Of a stretch of 64,000 bases of DNA, positions 32,042 to 51,942 are shown in pieces. Location of the stretch: NCBI RefSeq assembly GCF_009914755.1, contig NC_060925.1. The stretch is one strand, 5' to 3'. Within the stretch, counting starts at the first letter, position 1. Each line of letters begins with the position of its first letter. Under the pieces are notes generated by a model that was given only the letters and a program-made list of their open reading frames with translations, ran no database searches and was not told the origin of the DNA. Origin of the DNA: the human T2T-CHM13v2.0 reference genome, Homo sapiens. Position numbers and translations under genes: made by a program.

Positions 32042-32759
32042 CCAGATCTAAGGTCAGGTTCACTTCTTTCGAACATGTTGTCTGAGTTCCTTGACTCAAC
32101 AATTTTACTTCTATAGGTACTCATCCTTTCTGTACTCCCAGTATAGAAGCTTTCCCTGTGTGTGGGAATTACATGGTTGCCTCTGTACTCCACCGACCAT
32201 ATGTTTCATGACAGCAGGCATCTCACTTGATTTTTGTTACCATTTTTCAAATTTTACTTAGAGCTCAGTAAATATTCATCAAATGAATGAATTAATAAAT
32301 AAATGATAAATCTCAGTCAGTAACTGGGTTTTTACATACCAAATGCCTACCTACAGGGTGCCTCACATTTGCTTCCTAACAGTCTGTTTACTTTTCTGCA
32401 GCTATATAGTTTAAGTACTAAAATGCTACATTACCAATCCCTACTGCTTAATCTAGTAGTAAATATTTACTGAATGCATGTAAGGCCAAGAACCTGCTCC
32501 CAACTAATCCTTTCTTGCTTCCCTTATTTTGTGCTTTTCTAGCCTTTCTATCAGCTTTGCAGTTCCAACTTATAGTGTGCTGTTTCTCTCACCACCCTTC
32601 AGCAGACTTAAAAAAATTAAACAATGTTAAATCATCAAATAAAGTGGTTCAATAAAGATGATACAGAAACCAAACACTTCATTCAAACAAAGAACTTGAT
32701 ATGGTTGTAGTGTTAATAAATATATTTTAAATATAATCCATTGCTCCCATTTTAAAACC

Positions 32760-34115
<1,356 letters not shown>

Positions 34116-34257
34116 ATGAAAATAATCAGCCTCTAAAAAGTACATTTTCTACCTGATGACTTCTAACTTTGCTATTCTGCAGAATAACCTTTAGCAGCTC
34201 CTAGTCCATTCACATAAGTGTAATTCCCTCAGCATAGCATATGAGGCCCTCACTTAA

Positions 34258-37038
<2,781 letters not shown>

Positions 37039-37414
37039 CATAATGAGAAATATTTATGAAGCATATAGTGCACCCCAAACTTACCCCAGTATTTCTTTTT
37101 ACCCTTAACCTATAGTACACGGTCAAATCTTAATACTCCAGTCAACCCTTCTCTGCCCCTCCCACACAGACCCACGATCTCCTGCTTCTGTAGGTTGTCT
37201 GTCTTATTCACCTACCTGAAATATTTGCCTCTTCATCTCTTTATCCTTTATTCCCACATGTCTTCATCTTTGAAATGTTTAATTATCCTTCTTGGAATAT
37301 CTTAAAGATGCTTCTAAAACATGTAACTTTTTAAAATGTGGAACCCTACTTGGTTTTATTATAATTCTTCAGTCATCATCTTTTCTCCTATCAGACTGTC
37401 AAGAGAAACATGTG

Positions 37415-38060
37415 CAGTAGTACTCCTGAAAATATCAAATGGAAAACTTTAGAAATAAACAATGTATAAGTTTTAGATTGCATGCCATTTTGAGCAGTGT
37501 GATGAAATCTCACGCCCTGCTACTTTGTCCTGCCCAGGATGCGAATCATCGCTTTGTCCCCCTGGCCCATGCTGTATAGGCTGTCTACCTGTTAGTCACT
37601 TAGCAACCATCTTGGTTATCAGCTTGATTGTCATGACACTGTAGTGCTTTTGTTCAAGTAACCCTTATTTTATTTAATAATGGCCCCAATGCACAAAATT
37701 AAAGATGCTGGCAATTTGAATATGTCAAAGAGAAGCCATAAAGTGCTTCTTTTAAGTGAAAAGGTGAATATTCTCAACTTAATAAGGGAAGAAAAATACT
37801 GTATACTGAAGTTGCTAAGATCTATAAAAACAACAATTCTTCTGTCTGTGAAATTGTGAGCAGTATGTTGTTATAATAGTTCTATTTTCTATTAGTTACT
37901 AGTTTTAATCCCTTACTGTGTCTAATTCATATGTTAAATTTTAGTATGTATCATAGTATGTATGGATAGGAAAAAGTATAGGGTTTGGTACTATCTGTGG
38001 GGTTCAGGCATCCACTGGGAGTCCTGGAACATATCAGCCATGGATAAGGGAGGACTACTG
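37415..38060. mobile_element. MER44/Tigger7 DNA transposon fossil
   Basis: cagtagt... and ...ggataagggaggactactg termini. Confidence 0.75.
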
Positions 38061-39357
38061 TACTACAGAGTACCTTAGATATGGTGGTAACTCAATAAAT
38101 ATTTATGGACTTATATATTTATGCACATGTGGTCTATTATGTTCACTGTCCGTGTGAGTTGAATTCATACTTTTCTAGGTAGTTTGCATTGGGAAGAAGA
38201 TTATGAGGCTGAATTAATTAGTTATGAGAAGATTATAGTATTGATGGCATAAAACACTGGCTCTCTCTCAGAAGCCCTTAAGGATGAATTAACTAATTAC
38301 ATTTTCTATGGCTCAGGCTTACTTTTGATGTCAGTACACCATGTGACTTTGTCTCTCGGTCTGGACTCACATTAACTACATTCCTGGCATGTCACACTGA
38401 GGTACTGATTTGCAGTGATAATAACTGTCTTATAATCCAAAATATTCATTTTTACAGATCAGCTTGGGAAGACACATTATCATCAGAAGATTTCTTGGTG
38501 GGCATGTGCTCAAAGGTTTAATTGCCTGAGTTTATGGTAAATCCTAATATTATGATCAATCTTGAGTTCTCTCAGAGCTGGGTTGGACATCCCTCTTTGA
38601 TACTTTTACAGCCTTGTGATTACCTCATTGCCCTGAAGATACTATCATAATTGCCTGTTGTCTGTAGCACAGGGCCTTGCACATGATAGCACTCAGTAGA
38701 TATTTACTGAATGAATAAATAAAGGAATGGAGGGTGCTGGTAAAATCTTCCTGTCCTCTGGATAGTGTCTGAATAAGTGTAATCTATATTTGTTCCTGTG
38801 AGTTCGTTTTTTATTTTATTGCTGATCAATCCCTTTCAACGTGCACATTCTTTATTCAGCTTATTTTGTACCTTCAATCAGCTCTTGGTCTTCCCATAGT
38901 TTTGCAATTTAACGCTAGAAAGATAATTTCATGGGGTTATTTTAATTTTTTCATATATAACAAAATTTAACTGATAATTGTGTGTGTATAGATGGATAGA
39001 TACCCATATGTATAAGCTTATATGTATCTGTCTAAATGGTTAAGCTTATACATATAGATACTTGTCTATATGGAAATACATATATATAATGTACGTATAT
39101 GTATATACATATAACCATCAACCTATCCACACATTATTAAAATATTATAGAGATAAGTATTATGGGTTTTAGATAATTCCCACATTCTTACTAGAACTGA
39201 TCAGACCTTAGAAATTCTGTAATCCCAAAATATTATGCCGTTATTTCTTACTCTATCAAGGCAGGAGAAACCACTCAGTGCCGTGGGTACTAAAGACAAA
39301 TTGTCTCAAAATGTCTCCTGTATATACGCATTTCTATAAAAGGTAAAACAATAATAT

Positions 39358-39360
<3 letters not shown>

Positions 39361-39408
<48 letters not shown>
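39361..39408 (+). repeat. (AC)24 microsatellite
   Basis: Direct reading. Confidence 0.95.
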
Positions 39409-39409
<1 letters not shown>

Positions 39410-39639
39410 ACGTATATCTGCTTTAGTAGGTACATAGACTCCCCAGCAGGATATCGAAGAATTGGTAACAATTGATGCCTTTAGAGGAAGGAAACAGAAC
39501 TAGAAGAAGTTGGAGGGAGACTTACTTTTCAGTGTATTCCTTTTTGTGCCATTTCAGTTCGCAGTGTCTTATCCCTTACTCAGAAATGAATAATTAGCAA
39601 ATCAGTAAATGTTCCTTTCACCTTAAAAACAAGACTTCT

Positions 39640-39943
<304 letters not shown>

Positions 39944-40036
39944 TCAAGGTTGTATCTCATTGCTACTGCTGCTGTCTTGGGTTATTCTGGACATAGAGAA
40001 GAAATGATCACACTTATCTCTGGTTTTGTTTTCCAG

Positions 40037-40120
40037 GACTTTGTTGGCATTAGGATGTCATGTGGGTATATCAGATGAACATGCTGAAGACAAGGTGAAA
40101 AAAATGAAGCTACCCAAGAA
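40037..40120 (+). CDS. RYR2: RYR2 coding exon (probable exon 25, 84 nt; [28 protein letters not shown])
   Basis: gttttccag|GACT ... AAGAA|gtaagt; symmetric phase 2-2. Confidence 0.96.
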
Positions 40121-40238
40121 GTAAGTTGAATGACTAAGCAATATTAAATAATCTGTGTAGAGATTTAGTGCAACCAAATAACTCTTGATGGACACACAGA
40201 TGCCTTGCTTTTACTGAAGCTTTAAAATTCGGATTCAA

Positions 40239-40552
<314 letters not shown>

Positions 40553-43500
40553 CTAACTGAATGACCCTAGGGGTTACATTAAGTATCTGGTGAAACAATA
40601 GTTTCTATCACATTGCTGAGTGATGAAACAAAGCTCAGAATATATTTGGGAGTGTGTTATAAAAATTGTGTTATTTTCCCAGTGTGTGTTTATATGTTAA
40701 CAGAGGTATCCATATTTCTAAATGATTACATATAGCTTTCTACTTTCTGCCCAAAAATCTTTATAATTTTATTTACTTTTACAATAAAAATATATTCGAG
40801 GATTAATTATGAAGTCAGCATTATTATCCACATTTTAAGATGAGAAAATTGAGGTAGATAGATGCTGTAGTACTGGTTTGGCCTGCTGTTCTATGACCTA
40901 TGTTTGTGATCCTGGTTCACTTAAGACCTCACCTTTCTCATCTGCCTGTGGGCATTAGTAATACCTACTTAACAGGGAAGTTTTAGGTATTAAAGAAATA
41001 TTCAATAAATGATAGCTGTTTCATATTACTTTCTTATTTATTTAAACTTAAGTATTCAAGCTGCTTTTCTGATGTGCAGGACTTGTAAGTAGCAGGCCTG
41101 TAGATGTATTAAATAATAGCATCGAGATATAATCAAAGTAGCCACCCCATAATCTCTATCAGTCACCTCAGGCCTCATGTTACCCCAGAAAAACATAAAA
41201 TCCAAGTAGAAATTGTGCTTTTGCTGTGCAAATGCAGATTTAAGCAAGTCTCTAGTTCAACAGTCTATGAACATTTTTACTCAGGTGCTCCATAAGTGAG
41301 TTTATAAAAACTGTATTGTTACCTCGTGCAGTTTTAGGTTCTAAAATTTTTCTTGAAAATTTAAATAGTTCCAAAAGATGTGTTTTATGGGTACATTTTG
41401 CATATTTACATTTCAAAATGACACTTTTTCATCAACTTTGAGTGTATCTTATGAGCACAGACCACAGTGTTCAGATATCTGCCATCATCTGTGTAAAAAT
41501 GATATAAAAATGTTGATAATGGAGAATTTTACATTATTTCATTTTCCTTTTTCAACTGTATTTTCAAATTATTTCTCCTACTGTATATTATGCTAATAAT
41601 CAATGTTTTATGCTTGGCAGTCTTTGAGTACTCTATCCTACATTATAAGTAAGATATGTATCTAAATTGAATTTTTAATTGTTTTTGTTTTCTGCGATCA
41701 TAGTCATTAAGTTAAAATTTTCCTCCTGAGTTATCATTATATTATTTTAGTACACAGGTGCTCAAAACAACATAAATTGTTTTTAATAAAAAGTCATAGA
41801 AAATAGGATGTTATTGGAAATAGCTCATAGTAAGATGGATTTAGGTATTCTTTATCCAATTACATTATGTATTCACGTACAAATAATATTTATTGATAGA
41901 GTCAAGTTGGCAGAGTGGTTGCATTCTTCGTTCACATAAATAATTTTTGTTATTAAAAAGATCATTGAGTTAAGTGAACCAAAAACCATAATTGTTTATT
42001 ATGAAAAATCATATTTAATGATTTTTTTCAGGGTGACAGCTCAATTATGCCTTTGTTCAGTTTCTTGAAAGCCAAAAATTGGAATCTACCTAACTTCCAA
42101 AAGAATTCATTATCCTCTCATTTTCATTATCCTCATCCTTTCCAAACCACTCTCAGGTTTTTTGGAAAGTATCCAAAAAAGGCATTATTAAGGCTAAAAC
42201 AGAACAAAACCAAAAACCAAAAAACAACAACCTAGTAATTATACCTGTTACTCTTTTACTCAGAAGAATAAGAAAGTAGAAATGTTAATTTCACATTATC
42301 TTTGACAGCATAATACATTTAATCAATTGTATCAAATGCTATGCGTGAGTGTGTGTGCATGTGTGTGTATGTATTTGGGATACAATTCAACTTATTTCAT
42401 GTATAGATTCTATCTGTTATAAAATCTAATTGATAAAGGCAGTTTTCACTGACAAAACAATCAGCTAAAACAGAATTATCTTTTGTCAAAAATATCTGGT
42501 TGTATTTTTCTGTTGAAACAAATGGGTTAATACATGTCCCCATGACAATCATCTCAATTCCAATTTCTAACTTTAAGATAGGTAGATGATAGATTGATAG
42601 CTAGATGATAGACAGATAGATGGATGGGGCACAGGGTTTAAAAATAAGTTTGTCTCATTGAGGAACTAATGTCCTCTGCCTTGAGTATTTATTAATGCAT
42701 ATTCCTTGTGTTGCTCTCACAACGCAACACAGCAATTATTTGAGAGTGGGTGAAGATATGGAAAAGCTGAGACCCTTAAATGAAAACTATACTTGGATCT
42801 GCTGACAGTCTATATACTGTCTCTAAATTTTCCATGAGATATCATTTTATTCTTTCTCTATTGACAAAAATCTTCATAATAACTGGTATTGATATGTATG
42901 CAGATCAGCGCGAGCCTAAAATGTTGGGGTTTTTTAACAACCATTTTGCAAGCAATTTGGCATCATTGTGTAAAATTGAACATTTGCACGTCTTGGTACC
43001 CAACAGTTCCACTCATAGAGATATACCCTAGAGACAGTTCGCACCGACGAGCAGGCAAACTATCATTCATAGCAATGTTATTTGGAATAGCTAAAGAATA
43101 AGGGGGTAGTTATAGGAGGTGGAAGAAATATTCTTCAATAAGAAAATGAATCAAGTTGGCTATAGTCTAATAATAAAATCACGGAATTATAAATGACACC
43201 ATAGATGAACCTAAAAAATAATAAGGGTGTAAAAAACATTCTACAAGGGTGATGCAATGTAAAACCATCTTTGAGGCTCAAAAGCAAGTAAAACTAAAAA
43301 ATAAAAACTAAATACATATTTTGGAGATACATACTTCGATAAGGACTGACTTTTAAAAATCAATGAAATTATAATTCTAGATAGTAATTATCTTTGGTAT
43401 AAATATAGGCAGGGATGTAAGATGGGGAGCAACACACAGATAGATGTAATGTTAGTAATGTTCTAATTGTTAACTTCGTGGTGGATTAATGAAGTTAATT

Positions 43501-45087
43501 TTATTATAATGCTTTGAAGCATATACTTTTGTAGTTATTTTATAATGATTTTTTAAAATAAAAATCTGATGACAGATGTAAATCCAGATACACCATTAGT
43601 CATAACAAATGTACATGGTTTAAATTCTCCATGTGCGTAACAGAAATTGTCAGATTGGATTCAAAAAGATAATTTATGATATACAGCTATAAGAGGTACA
43701 TCAATAACTTTAGAACATAGAAAAGTTGAAAATAGTAAGAATGACACACTAGGCAATACTGCTCAAAATGAAACTGATGTACTCTCCTTTTATCAGTTTC
43801 TAAATAAAATTGACCTTAAACAAAATTAATATTAAGAAAAGAAGGCCACTATATGGAGAATTGAGAAAACAAGCATCATGCTATAACTACTCATGTATAC
43901 ACCAAGTAAAACAGCTTCAAAAATCAATGAAGAAAAATACTAGTAGATTTTCAAAAAGAAATAGACAAATATGCAATCACAGTGATAGACCTAACACAAA
44001 TCTCAGAAACTGATATGTGTAACAGATAAATGTTAACAAAGATTAATAAAAATATAAACACACACCAATTAAAAGCTTGACATATATAGAGTGCTGCATG
44101 CATGAAACATTTATAAAATTTAGTATCCTTTAGGACATTAGACACTGATATCGTAAAGATCATATCCACTGGATCACAAAGAATAACAGCAAAAATAACA
44201 AATCATGACACACTTAGACATTTAAAAATATACTTCTAAATAGGTTATGGATCAAGCATATCATCTGGAAAATTATTTACTTATTTACCACTCTGCCTTT
44301 GTTTATTTCTAGTTAAAAAGATAACCCATATTTCTTGATCTTGCTAAATGAACCTATCCTTTTTTCATGCCTTTATACTCTTATAAATGGATGATTCAAA
44401 ACCAGATTTTTAAAAAGCTTTTTAATATTTTGGTTTCATTTATTTTATTTTTTAGGTTGATGAATATGAATTGCCTATATTTATGGTATACCACATGATA
44501 CTTTGAAATATGTATATGCTGTGGAATGGCTAAACCAAGCCAATTAATGTATTTATTACCTCACATAATCCCTTTTTTTTTTGTGAGAACACTTAAAATC
44601 AAATCTCTTGGCAAGTTCAATATATAATACCTCATTATTAACTATATTAACCATGCTGTACAATAGATCTCTTGGATTTATACATCATGGAAATTGTAAA
44701 ACAATAATGGAAAAGGAAAATATTTCATATTAAAACATGAATTGCATATATTAAGTATTACTTGGAGAAAGTAAAAGAAAATAAATTATAATAAGAGCAA
44801 TATTAATGAATTTGGTGGGGGCGGGATGAAATATAAACACCAATGATGCCAAGAGCCTGTTTTAAAAACCTACTAAGCAGGGGAAAAAGACTCTGAAAAG
44901 ATTGACAAAGGAAAAAGAAAAAACAATTTTGTTAGCAAACTTAGGAATATTTTGAAAAATGTAACAAATGTACATTAAAACTTTCTAAAGGTAAAAGTAT
45001 GGACAATTGTATAGAATAATATCAAAACTGATCCAATAAGAAAGAAAATACGAATAGAGCTATAACTATTAAAGGAATTGAATCAAA

Positions 45088-45133
<46 letters not shown>

Positions 45134-45926
45134 CCAAACAACTTTTCTATTGATTTCTACCAAATACAATCTCACATAAAGAGGAAGAAACACTTCACAG
45201 TTTATTTTCTGATGATATGATTTTCATATCAAAGCCCAGATCAAGACAGTATGGAAAAGGGAAGTTATAGTCCATTGCTATTATGAGCATAGATGCAAAA
45301 ATGCTAAGGAACATACTGGCAAACAACTCAGTAGTGTATTAACAAAGTATAATATGACCAAGCTGAGTTTATCCTAGTAGTGAAAAGATAGGTTAACATT
45401 AGAAAATGTATCCATTAAATTGATGCTTAATAAAGACGAAAATTCATATGATCATCCCAATGTATTTAGAAATAAATAATTCATAAGATTTTTTTATTTA
45501 TAAGCATATAAACTCTTAGAAGGCAATACTCTGAGAGATTTCTTTAACCTAACAAGGGGCAACAGAAACCAATAATCTATAAGGTAAAATCTCAAATTTT
45601 TCCTTTAAGGTTTAGGAATGAGACAATATAAGTCACTACTACTTGATGTATTCAATAAGGCCAGTGCAGTGAGACAAGAAAAAAATCATGAGGCTTGGAA
45701 AGGAAAAACACCAAATTGTCATCAATAGCAGGTAATATTGCATAGAAAACTCAGGAGAATTTACAGAATTATTTCTAACAATAATAGGACGCTTGACCAT
45801 TTCCTTAACCTTGCTTTATTTCTTTTTAAGTGTGCTTCTGCACTTGATGTTATTTATGTTTCATGTCCTCTAATCTGAAATATGCACTTGCTAAAGGAAA
45901 AAAATCTGTGCATCAAAAGCATCTGT

Positions 45927-46534
<608 letters not shown>

Positions 46535-46924
46535 CTAAAAATTAATAAAAAGATGCCCAAATAGAAAAATGAGCAAAGGATATGAACATAATTCATAAAA
46601 AACCCCTGCAGATCCAATAAGCATATGAAAGACACTCAACTTCAGTACTAATCAAGGAAATGTAAATTAAAATCACAATGAAAAGCTATTTCACCCCCAC
46701 CAAGTGAGAAAAAATGGAAGACTATGTAAATTAGTACAACCACTATGGAGATCAATTTAGCCTAATCTTATAAGACCCATTTCTTTTCCAGAAATAAACT
46801 TTAGAGATACTTTTGTACTCATGCAAAACAAACCTGAAAAGAATATTCATTGCAGCATAGATTGCAATAGCACTGAATTGGAAACAATTTAAATTTCCAC
46901 CAAATTCCCATCAATCCCTATACA

Positions 46925-47252
<328 letters not shown>

Positions 47253-47704
47253 TAATGGCATACTATAGAGCAGTTAAAATGAATTAACTATAGCTAGATA
47301 GATTCAAAGGACAAATCTCAAAAATACTCCTTAGAGCCAAAAAACAAAAAAAGCATGTTACCAAAAAGATGATACAGTGTAATACTGTTTAAAGTTTAAG
47401 AACATAAAATATAATTCTACAGATAATTCATAGAGCCAGATATATGGAAGAACACTATAAAAATCATGTCTAGGAATAGTCAACTTCAAATTCAGAGTAA
47501 TAATTCTCTCTGGGGATAAGGAGGGGATTGGAATTGAGGTGTAACAGAAGGAGAGCTTCAAGTGTATTCACTATTTTTGATACTTTTGCATAGGCCTGGA
47601 ATTTTTCATAGTAATAACAAAGAGGTGATTGATAACAGAAACCAGGTTTTAATCTACTTAAAAAAAATGTTGGTGGAAAAGAGGAGATAGGAGGAATATA
47701 ACTA

Positions 47705-48474
<770 letters not shown>

Positions 48475-49159
48475 TTAAAGGAGAGAGGTGGTGATTGAGA
48501 GCAAGGTTTCTTATTTCCATCCTTGTCCTGGTGTCTTGAATTCTACATTTCAAGGGACTTAGTACTGACTGGATTAGGGAGAACAAGACATAGGCATAAC
48601 CTAGCGGATGACTTTAAAGGTCCATTCTTCTGAACATTCTGTATGGATGCACAGGCCATATAACCTAGATACAACCTAGATACACTGATAAAAGTCATAG
48701 ATTAGAAATTGTCTTAGCTTTCCTTAAAATGTATTATTTAAGCAAAATATAATGTTCACAAGAAGATTAATTTTGGGTTAAAATCTTGATAAGAACCAGT
48801 ATTGTTTTCTACCAGGTTTACCTCTGTCATTTCTGAGTTTGACTCTCACTTCCCCTTGCTGAAAGCATGTACTTCCTGAGTGCCAGGGATTCATATGACA
48901 CACATATGCATTTTAAGTTGCTTTTGTGTAACTATTAGAAATATGGTCGATTCCTACACGCAACCCTTGGGCTATGGTCTATGAAAGAGCAGTATCATAG
49001 CAGAATAACCTTTTCGTAGCCCACAATATTTCTACTGCTGTCTCTTTTGCATATATTTTAGAGACATTTTGATAATCGGTCAAGTTCAATATATCAATTG
49101 GAATTAAATGCTATATTCTCTATTAAAAATAGCTAATTTTTGTACTGTGCAGCCAGTGG

Positions 49160-49460
49160 AGCCAGAAATCATTATCCTCAATAAACTAATGCAGGAACAG
49201 AAAACCAAACACTGCATGTTCTCACTTATAAGTGGGAGCTCAACAATGAGAACACATGGACACAAGGAGAGGGACAATACACACTGGAGCCTGTAGGGAG
49301 TGGGGCATGGGGAGGGAGAGCATTAGGAAAAAGAGTTAATGCATGCTGGGCTTCACACGTAGTTGATGGGTTGATAGGTGCAGCAAACCACCATGGCACA
49401 CGTTTACCTATGTAACCTGCACATCCTGCACATTTACCCCAGAACTTAATAAAAATAAAA
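49160..49460 (+). mobile_element. Old L1PA/PB 3'-end fragment
   Basis: aaactaatgcaggaacagaaaaccaaacactgcatgttctcac...; TSD aaaatagc(t/c)aattttt. Confidence 0.85.
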
Positions 49461-50027
49461 TGTTTTTTTAAAATAGCCAATTTTTGTGTACATCTTGCAC
49501 ATGTACCCCAGAACTTAGAAATAATTTTTTTTAAATAGCCAATTTCTGATATATAATAGACATAATTTAATGGAAAATTCTTAAGAAATTTTGAAGAATG
49601 GATGATTCGTTGTAGTTTTTTTCTTTCCTCCTGTGCCTCTTTTTCTCCTTCCTCTCAAACAAGCAAACAGTGAAGAGCACAACACATTATCATCTATTCT
49701 TAATTTCACGCATCTTCCCTAATTTATTGCAGCTAAACTCTTGACACACTGCATAGTTTGATGAGCCTAGAGTTAAATTATTATAGCAATAAAGAAATAC
49801 GCAACTGAAAAACAATCCACTCACTCCAAGAGCTTGTGGTCCTCACTATCTCATATGCCTAATTGAGTGTTTGAGATTGTTCGAAAAGCTGTAGATTTAA
49901 ATGAAAATAAAATCCTGTCTGAATATTAATGGCATTCATTTAAACTTTCATTTAGCACTTATCTATTATGAAATCAACACAAAACACAGTAACTCAAAGG
50001 CTGCTTGAGTGTTTAAAAGCCTATTAG

Positions 50028-50333
<306 letters not shown>

Positions 50334-51176
50334 GCATACTAGGATCATCTGAGAGGTTTCTAAAACTACTGCTAGGTTTTCTGCTCTTCCCAACACAGCC
50401 TTAGCCCTAATGCTGTGAAGCTACTACATGTGACAGGAAACAAGGTGATATCTCTGAGGCATAGTAGGGCAGATAAAAGGCTGAGAATGATATGGTTGAT
50501 GCATGTGTGTGTGTATATATATATATATATATGTATGCACACACACACACACATTTAAAATGACTTTCTGAAATGAATGTATTAGATACTGAATGTGTAC
50601 CCGTATGTATACTGTTTACATAGACACAAGCACATGTACAAAATTCACTTTGGTAAATATTTACCTCAGTGAAAAATGGTTTAGAAATACAGTTGGATTT
50701 TTCTGTAAAGATGAGGCACTGTAATTATGAAGAAAAGAAAAACCCTTAGATACTCTTTTTGTGTGTAGTGGGTAAATTTCACAGACCAGAAATTTAAAAA
50801 TGCACCAATGTGCCGTGTTCTTCATTTTCTCTGATTGGGCTTAATTTAGGATTTAAATCCAATGAGCCTTGTAGCCAGAATGCAGCCTGACAGTGATAAA
50901 TTAATTCTAGTTTGTTTAGGGCACTAATTCTAGTTTGCTTAGGGCAAACATAATTATATCAATATTTTCTGTGTCTAGTCTCACCTTTAGGTCTTGATTC
51001 CAATGTCATCTTCTCAAGTGGTCTCCCTCAACGTCTTTAAAATTGTGCTCTATTTAAAAACGTGCTTCCTCCTATCCCCCTTTCCTACTTTATTTTTCTT
51101 CATAGCATTTAAATCTTCTAACATACTATCATATTATACTTTATTTGGTTTCGTACTTGATTCCTCATTGGAACAT

Positions 51177-51627
51177 TTTCATGCGCGTCCGTGTGAAGAG
51201 ACCACCAAACAGGCTTTGTGTGAGCATTAAAGCTTTTAATCACCTGGGTGCAGGTGGGCTGAGTCCGAAAAGAGAGTCAGCGAAGGGAGATAAGGGTGGT
51301 GCCATTTTATAGGATTTGGGTAGATAAAGGAAAATTACAGTCAAAGGGGATTTGTTCTCTGGTGGGCAGGAGTGGGGGTCACAAGGTGTTCAGTGGGGGA
51401 GCTTTTTGAGCCAGGATGAGCCAGGAAAAGGACTTTCACAAGATAGTGTCATCACTTAAGACAAGGACCGGCCATTTTCACTTCTTTTGTGGTGGAATGT
51501 CATCAGTTAAGGCGGGGCAGGGCATTTTCACTTCTTTTGTGATTCTTCAGTTACTTCAGGCCACCTGGGCATATAGGTGCAAGTCACAGGGGATGCGATG
51601 GCTTGGCTTAGGCTCAGAGGCCTGACA
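51177..51627 (-). mobile_element. Solo HERV-H LTR, type I (LTR7)
   Basis: 451 bp; minus strand TGTCAGGCCTCTGAG...GGACGCGCATGAAA; duplicated cacaaaagaagtgaaaatg; perfect 5-bp TSD AACAT. Confidence 0.92.
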
Positions 51628-51661
51628 AACATAATTTCTATAAAGGTATACATTTTTGTCT

Positions 51662-51942
<281 letters not shown>

